Below, piece by piece: positions 1-9,072 of a stretch of 64,000 nt of DNA (position 1 is the stretch's first letter; each line of letters opens with the position of its first letter). The translations under genes and the position numbers were made by a program. The notes under the pieces are model-generated. The model saw only the letters and a list, made by a program, of their open reading frames with translations, was not told where the DNA came from and searched no databases. Source of the stretch: Opitutales bacterium (GTDB taxonomy: Bacteria > Verrucomicrobiota > Verrucomicrobiia > Opitutales > UBA2987); assembly GCA_965226205.1 (NCBI GenBank), contig CBDDCJ010000012.1:14572-78571 (forward strand), written 5' to 3'.

Positions 1-1300
1 GGCCAAGTTGGCCCGCCAGTATGGTGTCGATAAGAAAGCTCGCAGTTTCAGTCCATGGAGCCATGTCGTTAGTTTGCTCTATGCTCAGATCACTCATGCT
101 ATTGGGCTTAATGATGTCTGTGACGGACTCGCTCATCACAGAGGGTTGCTGGCCAGTATCCGGGGGGCCAGCGTTCCCAGCCGCAACGGGCTTTCCTACG
201 CCAACAAGCATCGCGATGCCAGTATGGCGGGAGAACTGTTTTGGTCGGTGCTCAAGCACTTGCAGTCGTTGTCTCCGGGGTTTGCGGGTGGTAAATTCAA
301 GGGGTTTCCCCGACGTTTCAAACGTGTTATCAACATCGTCGATTCGTCCACTATCGGTTTGGTCGCCAACTGCATGGATTGGGCTAAACATCGTCGGCGA
401 AAGGCGGCCGCCAAATGTCACTTGCGCCTGGATTTGAAAAGTTTTCTGCCCCGGTTTGCCATCATCGACACGGCCAGGGACAATGACGCCAAACGAGCCC
501 GTGAAATGTGCGCCGCCCTCAAAGCCGGTGAAATCGTATTGTTTGACAAGGCCTACATCGATTTGACCCACCTCTTTGACTTGTCATCGAGGGGCATTTA
601 CTTTGTCACCCGGGCCAAAGAGAACATGGCCTTACGCTGTGTCAAGAGGCTGCTCAAGAAGCCCAAGGGCAATATTTTGCGCGATGATCTGGTGGTCCTT
701 AAGAACAAAAAATCCCGTCAGGATTACCCTCAACCGATGCGCCGGGTAACGGCATGGGTGGAGATTGATGGCCAGTGGCGAGTGATGGAATTTTTGACTA
801 ATAATTTGCAGTGGTCGCCCCATACGATCAGCGAACTGTATCGCTGCCGCTGGTCCATTGAAACCTTCTTCCGCCAAATCAAACAAACGCTCAACTTGTG
901 CGATTTCCTCGGCCATAGCGCCAATGCCGTGCGCTGGCAGATTTGGAGCGCTTTGCTGCTCTATGTGCTGCTCCGCTTCCAGGCCTGGTTGAGCCGCTGG
1001 GAGCATAGTTTTGTCCGCCTGTTCACACTTGTCAGAGGCGTGCTTTGGGATCGCTTTAACCTGCGGGACTTGCTCGATTTCTATGGGACAGCCGGTGGAC
1101 GCTTTAGAATGCGAGCGACTCCCCAACAGGCTTATTTCCCTGGGTTTGGTTGAAAACCTATGGGACAGCACAAGGTGGCAAAAGCAATAAAAGAGAAACA
1201 TGTGATAAAATTTCAAAAATTCGATTCCCCCAAAAGTCAAAAACTCACATTGATTATCAATGGGTTACGAAGCTTGCCTCGCCCCTATGGGATGGTATTG
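1..1300 (+). mobile_element. IS4-family element, copy 1 (left end outside the window)
   Basis: Near-identical to 41072-42531 and 46275-47776; ends in right terminal repeat cctatgggatggtattg (1284-1300). Confidence 0.9.
8..1153 (+). CDS. IS4-family DDE transposase (5'-truncated by window edge)
   Basis: IVDSSTI, LFDKAY and YRCRWSIETFFRQIK (YREK-like) motifs; matches the full 411-aa copy at 46352. Confidence 0.9.
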   Translation: MARQYGVDKKARSFSPWSHVVSLLYAQITHAIGLNDVCDGLAHHRGLLASIRGASVPSRNGLSYANKHRDASMAGELFWSVLKHLQSLSPGFAGGKFKGFPRRFKRVINIVDSSTIGLVANCMDWAKHRRRKAAAKCHLRLDLKSFLPRFAIIDTARDNDAKRAREMCAALKAGEIVLFDKAYIDLTHLFDLSSRGIYFVTRAKENMALRCVKRLLKKPKGNILRDDLVVLKNKKSRQDYPQPMRRVTAWVEIDGQWRVMEFLTNNLQWSPHTISELYRCRWSIETFFRQIKQTLNLCDFLGHSANAVRWQIWSALLLYVLLRFQAWLSRWEHSFVRLFTLVRGVLWDRFNLRDLLDFYGTAGGRFRMRATPQQAYFPGFG

Positions 1301-1340
1301 GTATATATTATATTCTTATCATGAAATGAAAAAAATGCCT

Positions 1341-2162
1341 TCAAATAGCATCTTCCGCGGAAGTGGTTTCCGCCTCCGGCTCGGAACCGTCAAGCCGCCG
1401 CCTCATTTCCTTGGTTTGACTTCCGATAGTTTGCATAAACGATGTGTAATCGCTCGAGTTGATTATCAAATTCGATCCCGCCCGCGCCCATTCGACCTGC
1501 GGTTCAAAGCCATTCGAAAAATGGATGCCGGCCCCAATATTGCGGGCGCGCGCTTTGCCAATAATTTCCCGCACGGCGGCATCGAAATCCGGGTGACCAT
1601 ATTCCTCGGGAATGCCTAAACTAATGGATAAATCGTGGGGGCCAATCAATAAAGCGTCCAGTCCGTCAACATCGAGAATGTCGTCGAGAGCGTCCATGGC
1701 GGTGCGGCTTTCAATATTCACAATGAGCACGTTATGCCGGTTAAAATCATCCAGGTAACGCTTTTGGACGGGTGATAGAACAGACTTGCCAGTGGTTACA
1801 TCGTGGGCCTGCTTGCCTTTAAGGGGACGCAGCCGAACGGCTTCCCAAAGCGAGCGAACCTCATCCGCCGATTCCACATAGGGGAAGATGAGCCCAACCG
1901 CTCCTCCGTCCAGGGCCATACATGCCAAATAAGGGTCGGGAGCCGGCACCCGCACAATGGGAGCCACATTTAAGGCCCGGTAGGCGCGGCACATCCATGA
2001 GAGCTGATGCCGGTCTATAGGGATATGTTCCGTATCGATAAAAACGAAATCCAGTCCGATTCGGGCGACCGCTTCAGGCCACCGCGGTGAGGTAGAAAGG
2101 ATGGCGGTTCCGTAAACACGCCGGCCATCATGCAAAGCTTTTCGAATTTCTTCTCCAGTCAT
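1341..2162 (-). CDS. HpcH/HpaI aldolase/citrate-lyase family protein
   Basis: FVFIDTEH, ALDGGA, NIES and IGPHDLS motifs. Confidence 0.85.
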   Translation of the reverse strand: MTGEEIRKALHDGRRVYGTAILSTSPRWPEAVARIGLDFVFIDTEHIPIDRHQLSWMCRAYRALNVAPIVRVPAPDPYLACMALDGGAVGLIFPYVESADEVRSLWEAVRLRPLKGKQAHDVTTGKSVLSPVQKRYLDDFNRHNVLIVNIESRTAMDALDDILDVDGLDALLIGPHDLSISLGIPEEYGHPDFDAAVREIIGKARARNIGAGIHFSNGFEPQVEWARAGSNLIINSSDYTSFMQTIGSQTKEMRRRLDGSEPEAETTSAEDAI

Positions 2163-2909
2163 AACGCAATCATCTTCAAAAAATCCTTATTAACTGTCAA
2201 AATTAATCCACTATCGGATATTAATTCCCCCCCGATGCATCCTCGAAACCATGCCATTGAGTGAAACTATCAACGGAATCCCGTTCCGTCCGGTAGTTGT
2301 TGACCGGATCGGCTTTATCCGCATAACCCACCGCGATTCCACAAATCAGGCTAAGGTTTTCGGGGATTTCCAGGAGGCCGCGAACGATATCGGGATATTC
2401 CGCCATTGAGGCCTGGGGACAAGTTTCCAAACCACAGCCTCGGGCCGCCAGCATAATATTCTGGATAAACATACCCATATCGGTCCACGATCCCTTGGCA
2501 AAATCTTTATCGATAAAAACAAACAACTCCACCGGAGCGCCGAAGCCATCGTAATTCTTCATCCACTGTTCCTTGCGTTTCTCAACATCTTTACGATCGA
2601 TGCCGAGCGCTCCATATAAGGCCAGCCCGCACTGGAAGCGGCGGGTCCTATAAGGCTCCCAAAATTTATCGCAGTAGTATTGATAATCCGGATTGTGCTT
2701 TTGCCCGGACTCTATCGCCTCCACGATAGCCCTGCCGATACGGACTTTGACCGCCCCGGTGGCCACCGCGACATGCCAGGGCTGCACATTAACCTGAGTT
2801 CGACAGTTGGGGGGGGTAAATCGATTATTTTTAGGGTTTTTCGTGCTGTAGGGCGCATGGTTGTCAGGGTTGGGGTGTGAATATGCCGTGTAGTGCAGGG
2901 TCGGTGTTG

Positions 2910-4689
2910 ATGTATTTGCGTCGCCATCGTCGTCGTAAGAAGGGCCAGGATTATGATTACTGGACGCTGGTGGAGTCGGTGCGCACAGCCAAGGGGCCGC
3001 GCCAGCGCATCGTGGCCCACATTGGCAAGGAGCCGGGGCTCGATGAGGATGAGCGGTTGGGTTGGGAGCAGATCGGTCGGCTCCTCGATGGCGATGATGA
3101 GGCTGCGGGGGCCGAGCAGTTGGATTTATTTGCCGAGGATAAACCGGAGGCTCCGTTGTGGGCGCAGGTGAATCTGGGTCGGATACGGGTGGAGCGGGTG
3201 CGTCAATTTGGCAAAGTGTATGTGGCTCTGGCGCTGTGGCGGCGGCTGGGGCTGGGCCCAGGTGGCCTCGATTCTGGCGGTGGGGCGTTTTTGCGAACAG
3301 GCCTCGGAGCTGGCTCTGGCCGAGCGCTGGTATGGCTCGACGGCGCTGGAGGATTTGATGGCGGTGGATGTGGATGAGGTCTATGACAACCGTTTGTATC
3401 GCGGACTGGATCGTGTCTTGCCCTTGCGCCGGGAACTGTTCAGTCATCTTAAAGGACGCTATGAAAGCTGGTTTGGGACGCGTTTCGAGTTTCTTTTATA
3501 CGACATAACGAGCACCTATTTTGAGGGCCGGTGCGAGGGCAATGCCCAGGCCCAGCGCGGCTACAGCCGGGACCAGCGGCCGGATTGCAAGCAGGTATGT
3601 CTTGGACTGGTGGTGACACCCGAAGGGCTGCCCCTGGCCTATGAGGTTTTCGACGGCAACCGCGCCGATGTGACCACGGTGCAGGAGAGGGTCGAGTTGA
3701 TGGAATCGCATTACGGGGTGGCCGATCGCATCTGGGTGCTGGACCGCGGCATGGTGAGCGAGGCCAACCTCGAATACCTGCGCGGCAAAGGGGCCCGTTA
3801 CATCGTGGGCACGCCCAAGAGCCATCTTAAAAACTTTGCCCTCGATCTGCTCGAGCAAGGCGATTTTTGCGAGGTGCGGGCGGGGGTGGAGGTCAAACTG
3901 GTGAAACATCCCGACTGCCCCCAGATCGAGCAATATGTGCTTTGCCGCAGCCAGGGACGGGGTCAAAAAGAAGCCGCCATGCTGAGCAAGCAAAAGGAGC
4001 GTTTGCGCAAAAAGCTCGACCAGATCGACCTGAGTTTGCGTCGGCGAGCGCAGAAACTCGATCCGGTTGAACGCCGTATCGGCCGCTGGCTGGGCCGCCA
4101 CACCATGGCCGAAAGCCGCTGGCTGGGCCGCCACACCATGGCCGAAAAAATATTCACCGTAGAAGTGCAAATCGACGCCGCCGGACGGGCCTGCGCATTG
4201 CAAATCACCGAAGACGAGAGCAAAGCCGATTGGGCCCAACTGGCCCACGGGACCTATCTGCTGCGAACCAACTGCCAGGAGGAAGACCCACAAAAGCTGT
4301 GGCGGTGGTATATACAACTGACACAGGCCGAGGCAGCCTTTCGTTGCGCCAAAAGCGACTTGGGGCTGCGGCCGGTCTATCACCACAAAGAAAAGCGTGT
4401 GCAAGCGCACATTCTGATCTGTTTTTTGGCTCTGGCGATGTGGCGCGCCCTGGAAAGCTGGCTGCAGGCCAAAGGCCTCGGCACCTGTGCGCGGCAAGTG
4501 TTGCACGAACTGGAAAATCTACGCTCAATGGACGTGGTGGCACCGCTGCGAGGGGGACGCGAAGCGCGTTTACGGCTGGTAGGCAAACCGGAAAAACTCT
4601 GTGCCGACCTCCTCAAGAAAATGGGCCTAAAACTGCCCACCCGCCCCAAAATCATCCAAAATGTAGTGCAGACTAACGGCAAAAATTAA
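2910..4689 (+). pseudogene. IS1634-family transposase, frameshifted near 3250-3258
   Basis: MYLRRH...LVESVRTAKGPRQR N-terminus in one frame; LYDITSTYFEG, GYSRDQRPDCKQV, VLDRGM, EAAFRCAKSDLGLRPVYH in another. Confidence 0.85.
4082..4147. repeat. 33-bp perfect tandem duplication inside the transposase
   Basis: gccgctggctgggccgccacaccatggccgaaa x2 (RWLGRHTMAE repeated). Confidence 0.95.
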
Positions 4690-4880
4690 TCCCGAATCCG
4701 CATAGATAAGCCCTTTAACTTTTTGAACTGTCGAAGATGGGTTAACGCCCGAAGGGGCCCAACGGGAAACATCGAGGATTTTGTGAATCAATTCCCTCGG
4801 CATAGGTTTCTTTAAAAAGGCGCGGATCGATGCCCGGCCCGTGATAGCCTCAAACACATCCATAATCTTTAATTCTGGGT

Positions 4881-5393
4881 TTACTCATTTCCTGACTCCC
4901 GATGAATTTTTTCGAGCAGTTTCGTCGTGCTGTAGCCTTCCAGAAAGGGGAGAAATTCTATTTTAGCGCCAATTTTTTCCAGCGCCCGGCGTTCGTCCGG
5001 GTCGAGGGTATCCAGGGTGTAATCGCCGCCTTTGACGTAAATGTCCGGGCTTAAAGCCTCGATTTCCGCCGCCAGCCTCATGGTCTGAAACGTGATCACA
5101 CCGTCAACAAACTCCAAGGCGGCGAGGGCATAGGCGCGCTCCGCTTCAACTTGCAAGGGCCGGTTGGGCCCCTTGAGCATTTTTACGCTTTCGTCGCCAT
5201 TGAGAAGAATCCATAGCTGGTCCGCCAGGCCGGAAGCCTTCCGCAAATAGTAAAGGTGGCCAGTGTGCAGGAGGTCGAAGGCGCCGTTGGTGATGACCAG
5301 GCTCCGGCCATCCTTTTTTAATTGCCTCCGGCCTTCGACGGCCTCCTCGAGGGTCAGCCATTTGTCGTTGGGAAGATTTTTCACCGGATTCAT
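4881..5393 (-). CDS. RfaE/HldE domain II-type (heptose-1-phosphate) adenylyltransferase
   Basis: TNGAFDLLHTGH (HxGH), KGPNRP, YVKGGDY, YSTT motifs. Confidence 0.85.
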   Translation of the reverse strand: MNPVKNLPNDKWLTLEEAVEGRRQLKKDGRSLVITNGAFDLLHTGHLYYLRKASGLADQLWILLNGDESVKMLKGPNRPLQVEAERAYALAALEFVDGVITFQTMRLAAEIEALSPDIYVKGGDYTLDTLDPDERRALEKIGAKIEFLPFLEGYSTTKLLEKIHRESGNE

Positions 5394-5399
5394 TCGGCA

Positions 5400-6545
5400 T
5401 TAATCAAAAAACCTTTTGGCTTTTTCAAAAAAAGAAGCCCCCACGGGGTTCTCGGCGTCACCGCTGGCCACCGCGAATTCTTCCAGCCGGGCGCGCTGCT
5501 CAGTGGTGAGCTTGGTCGGCACCTCGATATGCACGCGGACGAATTGTTCCCCCTTGCGCCCGCTACGGAGATTGGGCATGCCATGCCCTCGGAGCCGAAA
5601 GGTCGTCCCGCTTTGGGTGCCGGCGGGAATTTTTAAAGAAACCCTGCCTTCCAGCGAAGGCACGTCGATGGCCCCGCCGATGGCCGCGAGAGTAAATTTG
5701 ATGGGGATTTCGCATACCAAATCGTCCCCATGCCGCTCAAATATTTCGTGCTCCTTGAGATGGATAATCACGTATAAATCACCCGCCGAACCGCCCTTTA
5801 TGCCGGCCTCTCCATTGCCCGCCGAACGCAGCTTCGACCCGGTATCGACCCCCTTGGGAATACGCAGCTTGATCTGGCTGTTCTTGGTCAACCGGCCATC
5901 TCCACGGCAATTCTTACAGGGTTTTTCCACCACCACTCCCTGACCGGAGCAGACCGGGCAGGTTTGGCGAACGCTGAAAAACCCTCGCTGTGACATGACC
6001 TGGCCATGCCCGGCGCAAGTCCCGCAAGTGGTCGCCTTGGAACCGGGGCTGGCCCCGGAGCCGCCGCACACATCGCAGGCCACCGCGCGGCGAAAGGAAA
6101 TATTCTTTTCCGCTCCGTTGGCAGCTTCGCTCAATGTTATCTCCAGATCGTAACGCAGGTCGGAACCGCGCCGGGAGCCACCCCGGGAACTTTCTCCGCC
6201 CCCGAAAAATTCTTCGAAAATGCCGCCGCTGCCGGCGCCGCCGGCGCCGCCGAAGACCTCGCGAAAAATATCGAAAGGATCATGGAATCCCCCCGCCCCT
6301 CGGGCCCCCATTCCGCCACGCTGGAACGCGGCCTTGCCATAACGGTCGTAAGTGGCCCGTTTATCCGCATCCTTGAGGACTTCATAAGCCTCGGAAATTT
6401 TCTTGAACATCTCCTCGGCCTCTTTTTTTCCAGGATTTTTATCCGGGTGAAACTGAACCGCTTTTTTGCGGTAAGCCTTTTTAATCTCCTCTGTGGTGGC
6501 GTCTTTGGAAACGCCCAGAAGGTCGTAATAATCATCCGTGGCCAT
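5400..6545 (-). CDS. dnaJ: Chaperone DnaJ
   Basis: J domain with HPD, G/F-rich linker, four CxxCxGxG zinc-finger repeats. Confidence 0.97.
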   Translation of the reverse strand: MATDDYYDLLGVSKDATTEEIKKAYRKKAVQFHPDKNPGKKEAEEMFKKISEAYEVLKDADKRATYDRYGKAAFQRGGMGARGAGGFHDPFDIFREVFGGAGGAGSGGIFEEFFGGGESSRGGSRRGSDLRYDLEITLSEAANGAEKNISFRRAVACDVCGGSGASPGSKATTCGTCAGHGQVMSQRGFFSVRQTCPVCSGQGVVVEKPCKNCRGDGRLTKNSQIKLRIPKGVDTGSKLRSAGNGEAGIKGGSAGDLYVIIHLKEHEIFERHGDDLVCEIPIKFTLAAIGGAIDVPSLEGRVSLKIPAGTQSGTTFRLRGHGMPNLRSGRKGEQFVRVHIEVPTKLTTEQRARLEEFAVASGDAENPVGASFFEKAKRFFD

Positions 6546-6561
6546 AATAGGGGCGCCTTAA

Positions 6562-7155
6562 TTAAGCTTTAGAGGTTTCCTCGGTTTCAGGCTTGGACCC
6601 CCCGGAGGATACCACAACAGTGGCCGGCCGCAGAAGCCGGTCATGCATTCGGTAACCCATACGGGTAACGGCCATTACTTTGCCTTCTTCCACTTCCTCG
6701 CTCCCATGATGCGCCATGGCTTCATGAAAATGGGGATCGAATTCTTCACCCAAAGGATTGAGTTCGATGACTCCATGCTGTTTGAATAGCGATTGCAACT
6801 GGCTGAATATCATGGAGAAGCCGTCCGCGACCGGTTTGGCTTCGGGATGCTTGCTAGATAATTCCAGGCCCATAGCCAGGCTGTCCAAAATGGGCAGCAT
6901 GTCTTCCAGCAACAGGGCCGCGCCATATTTGCGAAGCTGTTCTTTGTCCCGCACCACCCGTTTGCGAAAATTTTCCTGTTCCGCCACGGCGCGCAAATAA
7001 CGATCCTGATTTTCACGAGCCTCTGCCTGGGCTTCGTCCAGTCTCTTAAGCAACCCGCCATGAAGATCCTCCGCTATTTCCGGAGTTGCTTCAACGGCTT
7101 CCCCGGTTGAGGAATTTTCTGTTTCGACTTGGTTTTCTGTTTTCTCTTCGCACAT
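6562..7155 (-). CDS. grpE: Nucleotide exchange factor GrpE
   Basis: AEQENFRKR, FDPHFHEA, GYRMHDRLLRPATVVV motifs; adjacent to dnaJ. Confidence 0.95.
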   Translation of the reverse strand: MCEEKTENQVETENSSTGEAVEATPEIAEDLHGGLLKRLDEAQAEARENQDRYLRAVAEQENFRKRVVRDKEQLRKYGAALLLEDMLPILDSLAMGLELSSKHPEAKPVADGFSMIFSQLQSLFKQHGVIELNPLGEEFDPHFHEAMAHHGSEEVEEGKVMAVTRMGYRMHDRLLRPATVVVSSGGSKPETEETSKA

Positions 7156-7184
7156 GTCTGGAATAATTAAAACCCGGCCTGTCT

Positions 7185-8003
7185 TTATTTCTTCAACAGT
7201 TTTTCAAATATTTTTTTCAATACCTGGCTCGTTTCATCGGCGCCGTCGATGATAGTTTTAACGCTATCTTCAATAGCTTCGACAGTCCATTGGAGCAACC
7301 CCTTGTAGCTTTCATCCTGGTTCAGAGATTCTAACACTCCTTTGATCACAAAGACCAAGCCCTTATTGGAGAGTTCCGCCACCAGAGGCCTTACGATTTC
7401 TTTAATGGCCGTAACATCGCGCAATTCGATGTCGATGCCGGCATCGTGATTTTGTACGCGCGGCGGCTGCCCGGAGTAGTTGGCCACTTTTACTGAATCC
7501 ACTTTAATCGCCAAACGTTCGATGAGGAACTGAAAAGGTTCTTCCTCCACCTCAATGTCTTTCTCCACCTCCTCGCCATCCCCTTCCTCGGCAGTCGTTT
7601 CCAGCGCCTTGATGAAGGCGGCAATATTATTTTCGGAATCGGACCTGGTAACATAAGCGCCCTCTTTAATCTCCACAATCACCGCCTGAAAGATACAACG
7701 CTCGCCAAAAAGGCTCATGGGACGCAAATCCACTTTTATGCGATTGAAATCGATAAAAACCGGTTCCGGAAAGGAATCTGGGTTTTCAATTTTGGCATCC
7801 CTGATTTCCAGAGCGCCCTCCATGATATCCAGGCTTATATCTCCGAAATCGGCCCGGAACCCGGTTTGGTTTTCCAGCTTGTATTCAAGGTAGGTGGGCA
7901 GCAAGAAATACACGGCCGCGGCCAGGGCGCCCGTTAATATCAAAACGAGGAATAAGAGGCTGAACAGGCAGCCCATTGTTTTTCTGACGATGGTGAATAT
8001 CAT
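7185..8003 (-). CDS. Membrane-anchored AsmA-like hypothetical protein
   Basis: N-terminal TM helix then a beta-rich region (IENPDSF...) resembling AsmA/DUF748 proteins. Confidence 0.55.
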   Translation of the reverse strand: MIFTIVRKTMGCLFSLLFLVLILTGALAAAVYFLLPTYLEYKLENQTGFRADFGDISLDIMEGALEIRDAKIENPDSFPEPVFIDFNRIKVDLRPMSLFGERCIFQAVIVEIKEGAYVTRSDSENNIAAFIKALETTAEEGDGEEVEKDIEVEEEPFQFLIERLAIKVDSVKVANYSGQPPRVQNHDAGIDIELRDVTAIKEIVRPLVAELSNKGLVFVIKGVLESLNQDESYKGLLQWTVEAIEDSVKTIIDGADETSQVLKKIFEKLLKK

Positions 8004-8004
8004 T

Positions 8005-8976
8005 TCAGGAATCGGAAAAGTTGTCGGTTAACAAAGCCACAGTCTCTTCGGCAGGTTGCAAGCAAAAGGATTCTTCGTACGGCAGCAAGGCATTGTCACC
8101 CTTTTTCAACAGTCTGCCCGATTCCATTTCCCGCAGGCAACCGGATACGACATGGATCAACCGGGCCTGTTCCCTGGCCGGTAAAGTGATCGCCTCCTCT
8201 CCAGGCTTCAAGTGGAACAGGCGAATGCGAAAACTGCCGCAATCGGCCAAAGTCTGCTCCCTCCCCTGCTTGCCGGGATGCAGTATTTGCGGTTCAACAT
8301 CGTCCCAATCGATGCATTGCAGAGATTCCTCGATATGGAGCTGCCGCGGTTTCCCGTCCAGTCCGCTACGGTTCCAATCATATACCCGGTAGGTGGAATC
8401 CGAGTTTTCCTGGATTTCAAGAATCAAGTTCCCGGCGTCGATGGCATGAATACGACCGCTTGGCACGAACATGGAATCACCCACCGCAACGCTGATTTTG
8501 TGAACCAGCTCTTCCAGCCCGTCACTGCGAAAAGCGGCCTCAAATTGGGCTCTCGTGACCCCTTTTTTCAGACCGGCCAAAATATTGGCTCCGTCCTCGG
8601 CGGCTGCCATGTACCAGTTTTCCGTTTTGCTCTGGCTGCCCAGGGATGCGGCTGCCTCGGCCGGGGGATGCACTTGCAGGCTGAGCCGTTCGCCGCAATC
8701 GAGCCATTTTACCAATAACGGAAAAGAGCGCCCGGCGCGGTATGCGGGCCCCATCAAATAATGGGCGTATTTATCCCTGGCCAGGGCTTGGCCCAAAGTC
8801 TGACCCTTTAATTTTCCGCTCACCATAACGGAATTGGCTTCAGGACGGTCGCAAATTTCCCAGGATTCTCCAATGCATTTATCTGCCGGCAGGGTCCGGC
8901 CCAGATGTGTTTGCAGTCCATTGCCTCCCCAAACTCGTTCTTGATAAATTGGTTGGAAAAGAGTAACTTCACTCAT
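8005..8976 (-). CDS. manA: Class I mannose-6-phosphate isomerase
   Basis: VWGG, IGESWE, LSLQVHP, KTENW, GRIHAI, EIQENSDSTYRVYDW motifs. Confidence 0.9.
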   Translation of the reverse strand: MSEVTLFQPIYQERVWGGNGLQTHLGRTLPADKCIGESWEICDRPEANSVMVSGKLKGQTLGQALARDKYAHYLMGPAYRAGRSFPLLVKWLDCGERLSLQVHPPAEAAASLGSQSKTENWYMAAAEDGANILAGLKKGVTRAQFEAAFRSDGLEELVHKISVAVGDSMFVPSGRIHAIDAGNLILEIQENSDSTYRVYDWNRSGLDGKPRQLHIEESLQCIDWDDVEPQILHPGKQGREQTLADCGSFRIRLFHLKPGEEAITLPAREQARLIHVVSGCLREMESGRLLKKGDNALLPYEESFCLQPAEETVALLTDNFSDS

Positions 8977-9072
8977 TCACCCGAACTTATTCCCCCTGGA
9001 AAATAGGGTCAACCTGCAATCTGTCTTGTCAACTGCCATTAACCGCTTCATATTAGCCGATTCAACCAACTG

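Larger units (their letters stand above)
2793..4741 (+). mobile_element. IS1634-family element
   Basis: Imperfect 16-bp terminal IRs cctgagttcgacagtt / aactgtcgaagatggg; TTAA(C) duplicated on both flanks. Confidence 0.85.
2221..4863 (-). pseudogene. Nitroreductase family gene interrupted by IS1634 (parts 4863-4742 and 2792-2221)
   Basis: N-part MDVFEAITGRASIRAF...WAPSGVN rejoins VQPWHV...DMGMFIQNIMLAARGCGLETCPQ when the IS is removed, restoring APSGxNxQPW. Confidence 0.9.

Noticed and set aside
2221-3447. 408-aa minus-strand ORF as a novel fusion protein
   Set aside because: It is antisense IS1634 sequence reading in frame into the nitroreductase C-terminal half
7156-9072. CIRCE operator for grpE-dnaJ
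   Set aside because: No TTAGCACTC-N9-GAGTGCTAA seen in the intergenic segments
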